Part shown: positions 36,829 through 46,900 of the stretch, one piece after another | Numbering within the stretch: the first letter of the stretch is position 1 | How the letters are laid out: each line of letters opens with the position of its first letter | NCBI GenBank assembly: GCA_044227985.1 | Contig: JBGAVT010000005.1 | Location: 1-50,690 of the forward strand | Source of the DNA: Candidatus Saccharimonadales bacterium | Lineage (GTDB): Bacteria; Patescibacteriota; Saccharimonadia; Saccharimonadales; JAGPDM01 | DNA: 50,690 nucleotides | Reading direction: 5' to 3' | Made by a program: the position numbers and the translations under genes | The notes under the pieces: generated by a model | Seen by the model: only the letters and a program-made list of their open reading frames with translations | Databases searched by the model: none | What the model was told of the DNA's origin: nothing

Positions 36829-38341
36829 TTCGTTTTGGCGAAGTATAATAGTACTGCTTTGGAAATAGACTGACGTTAGTGTCGGCTTGGACCACTCCAT
36901 CAACAAACATATTAATGATTTGCTCGGCAGTTTGTGGCATAAATGGCATCAGCAAATGACCAATCTGATCAATCGATGAGACAATATAGGATAGAACTTC
37001 TTGGAGATGGCTCTTGTCGGTTTTCTTAGCAATCTGCCATGGTTTTTGATCCTCAATATATATATTAATGCCATGAACCATTCCCCAAACAACATCAAGT
37101 GCTTTGTCAAATTCAAAATTATTCATAGCTTGATGATACATAGCGGCATCATGTTCAGCCTCAGAAATTTCACCGATCACACCCTCCTGATAGCGCAGGA
37201 TCATACTAGCAGTTCGCTGAACTAAGTTACCAAGGCTGTCGGCTAACTCACTATTATAAGCTGTTTCAAATTTCTTCCAACTAAAATCACCATCTTGACC
37301 ACTAGGTATGTGGCGCATGAAATAATATCGAAATGCGTCTGTTCCATATTTTTCGACAATCTCAAATGGGTCAATAACATTACCGAGGGTTTTACTCATC
37401 TTCTTACCATCACTGCTGACGTGACCGTGCACTACAAGATTCTTTGGTAGAGGTTGGTTGATACCAATGAGCATTGCAGGCCAGATAGCAGCGTGATGTC
37501 GTAAGATATCTTTGCCGATAACCTGTACATCTGCTGGCCAATATTTAGCAAAGTCAGGGCCATCTGGATAACCAAGTACCGAAATATAATTAATCAAAGC
37601 ATCAAACCAGACGTACATAACATGTGTTGGATCATCGGGTACTTCGATACCCCACGGAAGTTTTGTTTTCGGACGGCTGACACTTATATCATCAAGTCCA
37701 CTATCCAGAACTTGTAAGATTTCGTTCTTTCGAGATACCGGTGTGACTTTATATGTATCAGATTCGATTGCATCATGAATCGCCTGAGTATAATTACTGA
37801 GTCTAAAAAAGTAATTTTCTTCTTGAGTCTCTTCGAACGGTTGGTTGTGCAAAGGGCATACACCATTATTTTTCTTAACCTCAATCTCGGGATAAAATGT
37901 CTCACAACCAACACAATACCAGCCATGATAATCTTTTTTATAAATATCACGATTTGCAGCTAGCTGCCGCCAAACATACTGAGCCGAACGTTTATGTTCA
38001 GGACTCGAAGTTGCTATGAAGCGATCATAGCTAATGTTGAGCAGTTGATGAATTTTTATAAAATCAGCAGTTATTTCATCGACGAAAGTTTGTGTATCCT
38101 TACCAAGCTCAAGAGCTGTTTTATAGTTCTTTAAACCGTGTTGATCTGCTCCATGCTCCTGCAGAACATCCTCACCTTTGATACGATGATACCGTGAGAT
38201 TGTATCAGCGATGATAAAATCAATTGCATTTCCAATATGCCCGTGTCCATTTACATAGGGGATGGCGGTGGCTACATAGTAGGTAGGCTTTGGCTCTGGG
38301 CTTTGATTTTCTTGGTTGACTGTTTTGTTTTGTTCATCCAT
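36821..38341 (-). CDS. metG: Methionine--tRNA ligase
   Basis: HIGN, CVGCE, YVWFDAL, GKDILRHH and KMSKT; start MDEQN. Confidence 0.97.
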   Translation of the reverse strand: MDEQNKTVNQENQSPEPKPTYYVATAIPYVNGHGHIGNAIDFIIADTISRYHRIKGEDVLQEHGADQHGLKNYKTALELGKDTQTFVDEITADFIKIHQLLNISYDRFIATSSPEHKRSAQYVWRQLAANRDIYKKDYHGWYCVGCETFYPEIEVKKNNGVCPLHNQPFEETQEENYFFRLSNYTQAIHDAIESDTYKVTPVSRKNEILQVLDSGLDDISVSRPKTKLPWGIEVPDDPTHVMYVWFDALINYISVLGYPDGPDFAKYWPADVQVIGKDILRHHAAIWPAMLIGINQPLPKNLVVHGHVSSDGKKMSKTLGNVIDPFEIVEKYGTDAFRYYFMRHIPSGQDGDFSWKKFETAYNSELADSLGNLVQRTASMILRYQEGVIGEISEAEHDAAMYHQAMNNFEFDKALDVVWGMVHGINIYIEDQKPWQIAKKTDKSHLQEVLSYIVSSIDQIGHLLMPFMPQTAEQIINMFVDGVVQADTNVSLFPKQYYYTSPKRNG

Positions 38342-38408
38342 ATAATATAACCAGTATAACAAATCAATGATTCGATTGCTCTAACGTTAACTCCAAATTG
38401 TGATTTGG

Positions 38409-40244
38409 TTATTTCTTTTTCTTAACTGGAATCGTTATCTTTGTGCCTTTAACATCGAGCAAGTCGCTATCTTCAACTCGTTCAATATTTCTATCTTTTG
38501 GATACAATCGGATATCATCGTGATTCGCACGCTTGCGAAGAGCCAATAAAAGCCAGGCAAGAACAACTACAAAGGCGAAAGTTACAATCATAGTCCAATA
38601 GACTACCGACGTTTTTGATTCGACAAAAACTTCTGAAAATTCACCATCAATACCGACGCCTAATGTAGTCTTGCTAGCATCGAAGGCATCACCGCCAAGA
38701 CTTAATTGGTAGCTGTGGAACCGTTGAAGCGGCGCTAGCGATCCTAGCTGGCGAAAACCAGATGAGGTTTCGAGCACCATTGCATCGACCACTTGACCGC
38801 TTGGCATATTGACCTTGCTGTACAGAATCGAGATACCCGGCAAAATCATGTATTTTTTTGAACTAAAATTATCTTTCTCAAACTTCGATGATTCAAGTTT
38901 TAAAGATTTGTATTCGATATCCCATTCAGCAGAATTATCAAAAATTGGCTCAACATCATTAGCACCCCATATTATGTTTGCAACATGGTCGAATAGAACA
39001 ACACCAAATGGAACTTCACCAGCTTTCATAAGCCCCGGATCGAAGGCTAGCCAACCATCATCGGGTGGGATAAATGCTTCAACCCATGCATGGGGAGATT
39101 TTTTCCCCATTGGGTCAACCTTCCAACCTGCTACCACTCGAGCTGGGATTCCTGCCTCTCGAAGTGCTGCGACTGTTTGATCGGCGTAATCAATACTTGT
39201 TGATGGCTTTTGTTTAGCACGTTCTTTTCTGGCTGAGAAATCTGCTTCGGGATTATATGCCTCTCCATCAGCAACTATGTTACTCGTAATTTTTTCAACT
39301 GCATTAACGACAGATCCTTTTCGTAGTTCTTCGCCGCTTAAACCAAGTTTTTTAAGTTGACCTTCACGCCAGATATCAGTGTTCTTTGTATAATCAGCCA
39401 CTATTTCTGAAGGTAATTGAGAGATTTGACCTTCAGATTCAGGATCAACAAATCCTTGTGTAATGTCTAGATCAACTTGTGTTTTTGTTGAAAAGTCTTG
39501 TTTTGGGAATAATCGATGAATCGCTTGAATATTACCATCTTTATCGATACGCATAGAGTTGGTATTAGGATCTATGCTCTTTACAAAAGATGCCTGCATG
39601 CTTGTATCGAGAGGTAGGATAGTTGTAATATTTTTCCACCAAAAAGAATCATTTTCGAGCCTTGATTCGAGTTTAAGAGTTGCCTGAACAGCCGACCCTT
39701 TCAGTAAAATAATTGGTTCTAGCTTATCGCTAGCCTGTTTGTAATTAAAAAACTGCCTATCGCCTTCGTAATCAGTTTCCGTTGGCTTTGAACCAATTGG
39801 ATTCATAATTTCATCGCCGGCAAGTAATATTTTTGTATCAACATTGCCGGAAAACGAAACAGGCGCTGCTACTACGATCTGTACTACTTCTTTAGTAAAT
39901 TCACGCCAGATGCCTTCTGATTGATATTCAATTACAATTTTTTCCTGTCCAGCAGTCGGCACTATTAACTGTCCATCCTTTTGCTCGGTATTAACTACAG
40001 GTGTTGTTCCAATCTCACCTTGAACTAAACCTAAAACTGGAAGACTAATGGTTTTTTCTGTTGTAATCCCAGTAATTGTTTGTGTGACTGTACTAGTTTT
40101 TTTGTCAATATCAATCGTCTGATTTAAATTTAGCGCAGGCTGAGACTGATTATTCTGTTTTCTTGATGCTTGAGCCTGTGTAGTAGACGGGAACAAAGCT
40201 AGTAATCCAACTGCTAAAAATAATAGACATAAGAATTTTTTCAT
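38409..40244 (-). CDS. Surface-anchored transglutaminase-like protein
   Basis: Signal peptide, LREAGIPARVVAG, HAWVE, WLAFDP and a C-terminal TM; Ser at the usual catalytic Cys position. Confidence 0.82.
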   Translation of the reverse strand: MKKFLCLLFLAVGLLALFPSTTQAQASRKQNNQSQPALNLNQTIDIDKKTSTVTQTITGITTEKTISLPVLGLVQGEIGTTPVVNTEQKDGQLIVPTAGQEKIVIEYQSEGIWREFTKEVVQIVVAAPVSFSGNVDTKILLAGDEIMNPIGSKPTETDYEGDRQFFNYKQASDKLEPIILLKGSAVQATLKLESRLENDSFWWKNITTILPLDTSMQASFVKSIDPNTNSMRIDKDGNIQAIHRLFPKQDFSTKTQVDLDITQGFVDPESEGQISQLPSEIVADYTKNTDIWREGQLKKLGLSGEELRKGSVVNAVEKITSNIVADGEAYNPEADFSARKERAKQKPSTSIDYADQTVAALREAGIPARVVAGWKVDPMGKKSPHAWVEAFIPPDDGWLAFDPGLMKAGEVPFGVVLFDHVANIIWGANDVEPIFDNSAEWDIEYKSLKLESSKFEKDNFSSKKYMILPGISILYSKVNMPSGQVVDAMVLETSSGFRQLGSLAPLQRFHSYQLSLGGDAFDASKTTLGVGIDGEFSEVFVESKTSVVYWTMIVTFAFVVVLAWLLLALRKRANHDDIRLYPKDRNIERVEDSDLLDVKGTKITIPVKKKK

Positions 40245-40249
40245 TCTTT

Positions 40250-40993
40250 TTATGATAGCAAAGCTATCGCCATGTTGCGACCTGTTTTTCCGTTATCGGC
40301 GCGGTAACTATAAAATTCATCCGATTCGTAACTACAAATATCAAGTGATTCAACCGTCGTAATTCCAGCATAACTAAGTTGTTTTCGGTTTATAGCTGCC
40401 AGATCAGCATGGTATGTTTCGCTGCCAATAGTATCTAGTCCGCTTGTAGCTCGGAGCAATCGCGCAGCATTACCACGAACCTCAAAATGGTTCTGGCAGA
40501 TGCAAGGACCAAGCACAGCTACTGCATTTTCTGATTTAAACCCGATAGAAACCATTTTTTCGACTGATTTATTAGTGATTCCCTTAACGCTTCCACGCCA
40601 ACCGGCATGAATAACTGATAGAACCTCCCCATCGCTGATAATAATTGGTAAACAATCTGCTACAGACAGAGCAATCGCCACATTCTTCTGTTTCGTCACA
40701 AGTCCGTCAACACCTTCGATTGTATCTGGTGAATCATTGGCAACCACTGAGATATCAGCACTATGTACTAAAGGTGCGAATCGGACTTTATCAACCCCAA
40801 AAATAGAAAGTATTTTTTGTCGATTTGATGCTACATTTGAGTCTAAATCATCAATATCGAATTTAACATTTAAACTATCAAAAGGAGCAGGGCTAGCTCC
40901 GCCGATGCTAGTAAAAAACCCATGTTTCACTCCAAGCTGGGATAACGATTCGCTCTCATACCATTTTAATCCATTTTTTTGCTTGGCAATCAT
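40250..40993 (-). CDS. pgeF: PgeF/YfiH family protein
   Basis: HGFFT, VHS, DGLVT, VADCLP, HAGWRG and FYSYR. Confidence 0.93.
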   Translation of the reverse strand: MIAKQKNGLKWYESESLSQLGVKHGFFTSIGGASPAPFDSLNVKFDIDDLDSNVASNRQKILSIFGVDKVRFAPLVHSADISVVANDSPDTIEGVDGLVTKQKNVAIALSVADCLPIIISDGEVLSVIHAGWRGSVKGITNKSVEKMVSIGFKSENAVAVLGPCICQNHFEVRGNAARLLRATSGLDTIGSETYHADLAAINRKQLSYAGITTVESLDICSYESDEFYSYRADNGKTGRNMAIALLS

Positions 40994-41010
40994 CGCTTCT
41001 ATGGTACACT
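40983..41010 (+). promoter_or_regulatory. Candidate promoter for the minihelix RNA, overlapping the divergent pgeF -10
   Basis: TTGGCA (40983-40988), 16-bp spacer ending TGG, TACACT (41005-41010). Confidence 0.5.
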
Positions 41011-41021
41011 ATATTTCGCAT

Positions 41022-41058
41022 GGGGCTTGAGATGGGTTCGCCCGTCTCAGCTCCACCA
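41022..41058 (+). ncRNA. tRNA-Ala/tmRNA-like minihelix RNA ending in ACCA
   Basis: GGGGCT-T-GAGATGGG-TTCG-CCCGTCTC-AGCTCC-ACCA: 14-bp hairpin with G.U at pair 3, discriminator A and encoded CCA. Confidence 0.6.
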
Positions 41059-41062
41059 GAAA

Positions 41063-41845
41063 TTATTTATTTTCGATTATTATTTTATACAATTCATACC
41101 ACTGCGCAAGGCTAAGCTCCTGCGCTCTTGCGTTTTCGTCAATATCTGTCAGCTCAAGTATCTGATCAATCTGTTGTTTTGGTATCTGCAAACCACCGCT
41201 CAAACTAGATCGAAGCTTTTTACGACGTGCTGAAAAACCAGCTCGTACAACTTGAAAGAATTGTTTTGTATCAACTCGTTGGAACCGAGGTTTCTCAAGA
41301 CGATTCAAAACAATAATTTGGCTATCAACTTTAGGAATGGGGTCGAAATGATCGGCGGGCACAACCTGCTTTAGCTCTGTGTCCGTGTAAAATTGGGCGC
41401 TGACACTTAGCATGCTCATAGCACCCGGTTTAGCTGCAATTCGCTCGGCAACCTCTTTTTGCATCAACAGAACCATCATCGATGGTGGATTTAGTGACTC
41501 CAGTAGCGTTCGAATTAGATGCGACGTCAAATAATACGGAATATTTGCGACAACCTTATAATTTTTTGGTAGTATTGTCGTGTCAAATTTTAAAATATCT
41601 TCATAAATAATTTCAAGATTGTTGGCACGGACTCGTTTCGGTAAAAGTCGGACCAGGTCTTCGTCGAGTTCAACCGCTATAACCCTAGAAGCTCTGTTGC
41701 AAAGTGGTTTTGTTAAAACACCTTCACCAGGTCCAACTTCAAGAACGACATCGTTCTTTGAAAGATTTCCAGCATCAACAACAGCCTGCAAACTGTTACG
41801 ATTAATTAACCAGTGTTGTCCAAGTGATTTCTTAGCCACGATCAA
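41063..41845 (-). CDS. rsmA: 16S rRNA adenine dimethyltransferase
   Basis: KKSLGQHWL, LEVGPGEG, VANIPYY, QKEVAER and PKVDS. Confidence 0.96.
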   Translation of the reverse strand: MIVAKKSLGQHWLINRNSLQAVVDAGNLSKNDVVLEVGPGEGVLTKPLCNRASRVIAVELDEDLVRLLPKRVRANNLEIIYEDILKFDTTILPKNYKVVANIPYYLTSHLIRTLLESLNPPSMMVLLMQKEVAERIAAKPGAMSMLSVSAQFYTDTELKQVVPADHFDPIPKVDSQIIVLNRLEKPRFQRVDTKQFFQVVRAGFSARRKKLRSSLSGGLQIPKQQIDQILELTDIDENARAQELSLAQWYELYKIIIENK

Positions 41846-42287
41846 ATACTTCTAAAGCTTTTTTAACAATTGTGCCCTCTTGTTTCGGCATCCGAGCAAG
41901 CAATTTGATCGCTTTATCACACGGCACGAATTTGCGCGAATCATGCTCCTCGTCAAGAATGCCACTATCACGTATTGGACGTGCTAGAAAATAATGAACG
42001 GTTTTTCGGCAATGCGTGCCATCAGGGTTAGTAAACTCATTGCAAATTGCATCAAGATAGAAATAGGCTTCAACTCTCCATCCACTCTCTTCCTCGGTTT
42101 CACGTTCTGCAGTTTGTACGAGTGTTTCGCTGGGCTCGAGCGTCCCTTTTGGTAGATGAAACCCACCTGGACTGCCATCCGGCTCAGTTTCACGAACGAG
42201 CAATAGCACTTCTCTTTGCTGATTAATCACAACACAACCAGCGCTAATATGAGCTGGCCATTCAAATCGTGAACGATAATTAATCAT
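41832..42287 (-). CDS. NUDIX hydrolase
   Basis: Nudix box GTLEPSETLVQTAERETEEESG. Confidence 0.92.
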   Translation of the reverse strand: MINYRSRFEWPAHISAGCVVINQQREVLLLVRETEPDGSPGGFHLPKGTLEPSETLVQTAERETEEESGWRVEAYFYLDAICNEFTNPDGTHCRKTVHYFLARPIRDSGILDEEHDSRKFVPCDKAIKLLARMPKQEGTIVKKALEVFDRG

Positions 42288-42700
42288 ACGTCGAGTAGCG
42301 GCAGACCAGCTTCGGCGTCTGGGGTGCGTATTAATTCGTCACTTAAAATAATCCTAACCTCAACAGTAGCTCCAACAATAATATTTTTAACATGTCCGCC
42401 GTAGGCTTTATTTTGCATATTTGTGATAACTGCATGCATGTGAATAATTGGCTGCGTCTCAAACCAAGCAATATTCCCTTGAAGGCTAACCAGTTCAACC
42501 GCATTCTTGACGGCTCGAAAGATATATTTTTTTCGTTTAAGATTGTAGTAACCTACTGTGGCTTTTTGGACACCGCCAATCCCTTGAATAAATGCACCAC
42601 GAATTTCTTTGTCAACAATAAACTGCTCAAGTTGATCATTAACATTCTCACCAGTCTCTAAACGCAACAGGTAACCATCTTTAATTTCTTTATACTTCAT
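42284..42700 (-). CDS. PPC-domain protein (DUF296)
   Basis: GIGG, ELVSLQGNI, HMH and GGHV motifs. Confidence 0.9.
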   Translation of the reverse strand: MKYKEIKDGYLLRLETGENVNDQLEQFIVDKEIRGAFIQGIGGVQKATVGYYNLKRKKYIFRAVKNAVELVSLQGNIAWFETQPIIHMHAVITNMQNKAYGGHVKNIIVGATVEVRIILSDELIRTPDAEAGLPLLDV

Positions 42701-42738
42701 ATAGGTTTAGTATAGCCTTAATATCCTAAAATGTATTT

Positions 42739-43851
42739 TTATCGATAAATATCTTGCAAACCAAGGCTACGGCTACATGACGGCCATGGTGACCAACCAC
42801 GTCGATTGTATGTTTCTATGGCTTTTTGATCTTGTACTGCTGGAGGCGCGGCTGAAGCTGTTGGATAACCACCATAGCCACCCCAGGTCCCGACATCAAA
42901 CTGATAAGCCCCATGGTATCCATTACCCGTATTACTAGTATACGAACCTTCGCAGCTTCGCAATTTCGCCAACGCTCCACTAATTGGACCATCAAATCCT
43001 TTATTTCCTTTTCTGATAATTTTATCGACTGACTTGGTTTTTACTACTGTCTGAATCGACTCTCTGCCAATCTCTTGCCCATCATGTCGTGTAATTCTAT
43101 AGGTAACCATGTTGATACCGGCTACACCCTCTTGTTGGGTTTCATTAAAACTAACTGGCTCGGAATCAACATAGACTGTTTGCGTTTTGAATGCGACATT
43201 TTCTTCAACAGTAACAGTTTCGACTCCTACGCGTGTGACTATGATATCCATGTTTCGTTCAATATTGGCAGCTAAATCTTGGTTAACAATGTCATTTTCG
43301 CCGATTTTAACACCGGCTTCTTCAAGAGCATCTTTAACGGTTTGTCCAGTAGTACGAGATTCAACGACATTGCCATCAACCTGAATCTTGAATGGGATCG
43401 AGCGAGTAATCTGGAGCTTTAGTCCGATAAAGTTATCATTAGTAAAGTCTTCAATTCTATCTAATTTTGTTTTGTCTTCGTCGTAAAGCTTAAGTCCGGC
43501 ATCCTTAGCTATCAGTTCAGCGCTTTGATACGGCGTTACAACCCGATGCTGCTGGTTTTGATCAACAATGATGACTGGTCGAGCACGGAAAACATTAACA
43601 TGAAAGCCAGAACTGTTGATAGTCGTATCGACCGGTGGTTCAACGAGGTCGCTATCGCCAACTTCAATATCTTCTTCTTTCAGTAAAGATGCAACGTTAT
43701 TCGCATCAGTACTAACGACCTCTTCTTTACCATCAACATAAATTCTTACAACATTTTTATCGCTTGCGATTGCTGGTACAGTCAGGATCGTAATTACAGC
43801 AACAGCTGCAGAAATTTTATAGATTAAACCTCGAGAATTTCGAGCAACCAC
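42739..43851 (-). CDS. RpfB-like protein (DUF348 repeats, G5, Rpf transglycosylase domain)
   Basis: Three ubiquitin-like repeats, a G5 domain, then LRSCE..NTGNGYHGAYQF..TW..Q..GWSPWPSC. Confidence 0.9.
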   Translation of the reverse strand: MVARNSRGLIYKISAAVAVITILTVPAIASDKNVVRIYVDGKEEVVSTDANNVASLLKEEDIEVGDSDLVEPPVDTTINSSGFHVNVFRARPVIIVDQNQQHRVVTPYQSAELIAKDAGLKLYDEDKTKLDRIEDFTNDNFIGLKLQITRSIPFKIQVDGNVVESRTTGQTVKDALEEAGVKIGENDIVNQDLAANIERNMDIIVTRVGVETVTVEENVAFKTQTVYVDSEPVSFNETQQEGVAGINMVTYRITRHDGQEIGRESIQTVVKTKSVDKIIRKGNKGFDGPISGALAKLRSCEGSYTSNTGNGYHGAYQFDVGTWGGYGGYPTASAAPPAVQDQKAIETYNRRGWSPWPSCSRSLGLQDIYR

Positions 43852-43930
43852 CCCTTGGATTCGATACGCTATTGTGTCAAAAATATACGGTTCCCCTTAG
43901 CTATAGCAATCTACTTTACATGAACTTTTA

Positions 43931-46900
43931 TTACGATGCAAGTGTACTCCCATTATCGCCCGGCTCGTCATCATTACGTCTCCAGAGGAAATAGATGCCC
44001 GCCCCCAATAGTGATATCCCGACAATAAAGCCTAGTAGAATGCGCGGAATAGCAAAAATTGCTCCACCGAATTGATATAGTGACTGTAGAACCAAAACTG
44101 AAATGCCCCAACGCCAGAAAATATCTCGACGTAAGCTTGCTCCTAACATAACCAAACCAACCGACTCTACAAAAAGCATCAGAACATGCCAATCGAGGGG
44201 ATTGATTAATGTCTGATAAAAAAGAGGAACAGTTAGAACTACCAATCCGATAGCTTGCCATAAATTACTTGCCTGTAGTCGCTTAACACGCTCCATCGTG
44301 ATAACAACAATCAAACTATAGACAGACCAGCTGACGGCGTAAACCTGGAACTCAGTAATATCAAGCTGTATAAATGTTCTCGTCAAAGAGTAGAACATCC
44401 CAGCAATTGCTAGTAACTTTATGTCGAGCTTGTTTTGGTAGCCTCCAGACAATCCTTCTAAGAAAATCATAATTGACAAAGATATCGTAGCAGCAATAAT
44501 CGCCCAGCTTACTGGGAAAAAGACGAAAAAAGATAGAGGTATAATCGCACCCAAGCGGAATATACGGCTGACTGGATTTTTACCAATAAAACTAGCCAAC
44601 CAACCGATTGCACTATAAAAAAGGCTAGTCATCATCACAATGATAGTGAATTGATTCAAAGTAATGCTATGATCGAGTAGCTTGCTTACTACGCTTATGG
44701 CAGTAAAGTAGCCCAGAGCCATACCAACGGAAAAGAAGGTGTGCTTCATTATGTATAACCAACCAGTCATAAACAAAGCTAGCGTTGTAAATATGGCTGT
44801 AATCGGAAGACTCCAACTTGTACTGAAACTCTGGGAAAGCATGTAAATCCCGATAACTGAGCAACCAATCAATGCATAACCTCTACCCCAACCTACAGTA
44901 CGATTCGGTATCACTTTACCAGCTACGATTAAACCGGCTACCTCAGACAACAGAAGCCAAGCGTGCCAGTCGAATTGATACATAAAACTTTGGACCAATA
45001 AAATTGGCAATAAAATTAGCAAACCAATTATTTGCCAAACAACACTCGAAGACTTACGCTGTTTTTGTTCCATAACTACTGCAACTCCAAAGCTGTAAAT
45101 CACCCATAACGCGACGTAGGCTTGTAGTTCACGAACATCGAATTGCCAAAATATCCTAGATAAAGCAAAGATTAAAAACCCAATTGCCAGTAATCGAATG
45201 TTAAGCCTTGCCTTGAATACTGATAAGTAGCTCTCCAAGAAAAGTTGTAGTGCCAAAATGATAATCCCAAAAATTACAGCAAAGTTATTTGGAAAAATTA
45301 GCATAATCAGCAACGGAATCATCGAACCATAACGTGATATAAGTCCGATTCGGCTGGCAAACATAGCATTTTGAATGACTCCAATCACAGTAAAGAAAAT
45401 GCTTAGAGCGACTACACTTAATGTCGATTGTTCAAAAGTTAACGGAGAAATTGTTATTTTATTAAGAAAAATTAGCAATGCTGGATAGCTAAACGCCATA
45501 CCAAAACCATAGAAAAACCAGAGATCTCTGTACTGCCAACTAGCATAAAATAAACCTGCAACAAGTGCTAATAAGCTCCATATTGGAATCCAGCCATTGG
45601 ACGATAACGTATAGAAGATATGTGAAACTAAGTAGTTTAATAGTAGCGTACCAATACCAATGACTGCAGCGTACAACTGTGCTGGTTTTTGATGATACAG
45701 TCTGCCCGACAATAGACGTAAAAAGCCTAGTGATAGAAGAATATAATTGATATTGATTTGTCTAATCCATGATGGACCAAAGCTACCAAAGATCATCCAA
45801 GCTAAGGTCATTGTGATAGCGCTTATAACCAGCAGTGGCGATTGTTTGTGCCGCACTACGCGCCAAAGCAAAGCTAAACTCAGGACACTGCTAGCGACGA
45901 AAAATATAGATGCACTTTGACTAAACATTGAAGTAATATACGAAATAATTAGATATGCCCACGCACAAACTAGTAATGCACGCTGTACTTTTATGCGAAA
46001 TTCTGACGGTGAGCGTACGTTAATCGTCAGTCGCGCTACTGCTAAGACTATAGCGGTTAATAATAAACAAACTGTAAAAAAAACTGTTAAGTTCGTTTTC
46101 GGAGGAACAACATTAGCTGCGTAGACAGAATCGACTAAAAATAATAGAAAAATGCTAAGGCTAGAGTATATCAAGACCTGACTTTGTCGTATAACGCTAT
46201 GGACCAAATATAATGCGCACAGGACAATAAGCGATATAGCTAGACTACGGCTATCACTAAGCTGTGCGACTGTAGAAATTACTCCTGTAGCAACACCAGA
46301 TAGATATAAACTACTGAAAATAAACTTTGATTTTTCTCTGGCAAATTTAGAAAACATCGAGCTTGACGAGATAAATACACTTAATCCAAACAACAATTGA
46401 CTTGTCATGAGAAAGTTATCATTAAACTCGAAAATAAAAGTTCCAACAGATAGCCATGATAGAAAAACCGCAGTAAAAATATTTGCTTCTTTTTGCATCT
46501 CATTCTGGCCTGGGTGGACGAACCACCAGGTAAGCAAGTAAATGACTCCAAGTAATAGACTGATACCAACTTGGTAGACCTCAAAATAGAAGAGCCCAAA
46601 AATATTAGCAAAAGTTGTAGTAATAAAAATCAGCAAACTAAGGATATGAAGAGGATCTTTTAAGCTTTTAATATATCGTGATCCAAATTCATACAAAATA
46701 GCCAAAATATAGAAGGTGAAAAATCCAATTGGAATTCCGATTGGCAGCAATATGACTGAAGATAAAGCACTAATCGCAAGACTAGTTAAACCGATAAATT
46801 TCATCGATTTCCATTTAGTCACGAACCCCGTTAGAAAACTTATAGCAACCATGGAGAGGCTTAGCAGTAGCCACAAACTACTTAAACTAATATCTGTTGC

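Noticed and set aside
5953-38362. Long N-terminal extensions in the ORF track (pepP, uvrC, trhO, rarA, ruvX, purN, YdcF, tatD, metG)
   Set aside because: They mostly overlap neighbouring genes or promoters and precede the conserved N-termini, so downstream starts were used.
41022-41058. Intrinsic terminator of rsmA, a complete tRNA, or a complete tmRNA
   Set aside because: On the minus strand the two G.U pairs become A-C mismatches and no U-tract follows. It is too short for a tRNA or tmRNA. A bidirectional-terminator role is not fully excluded.
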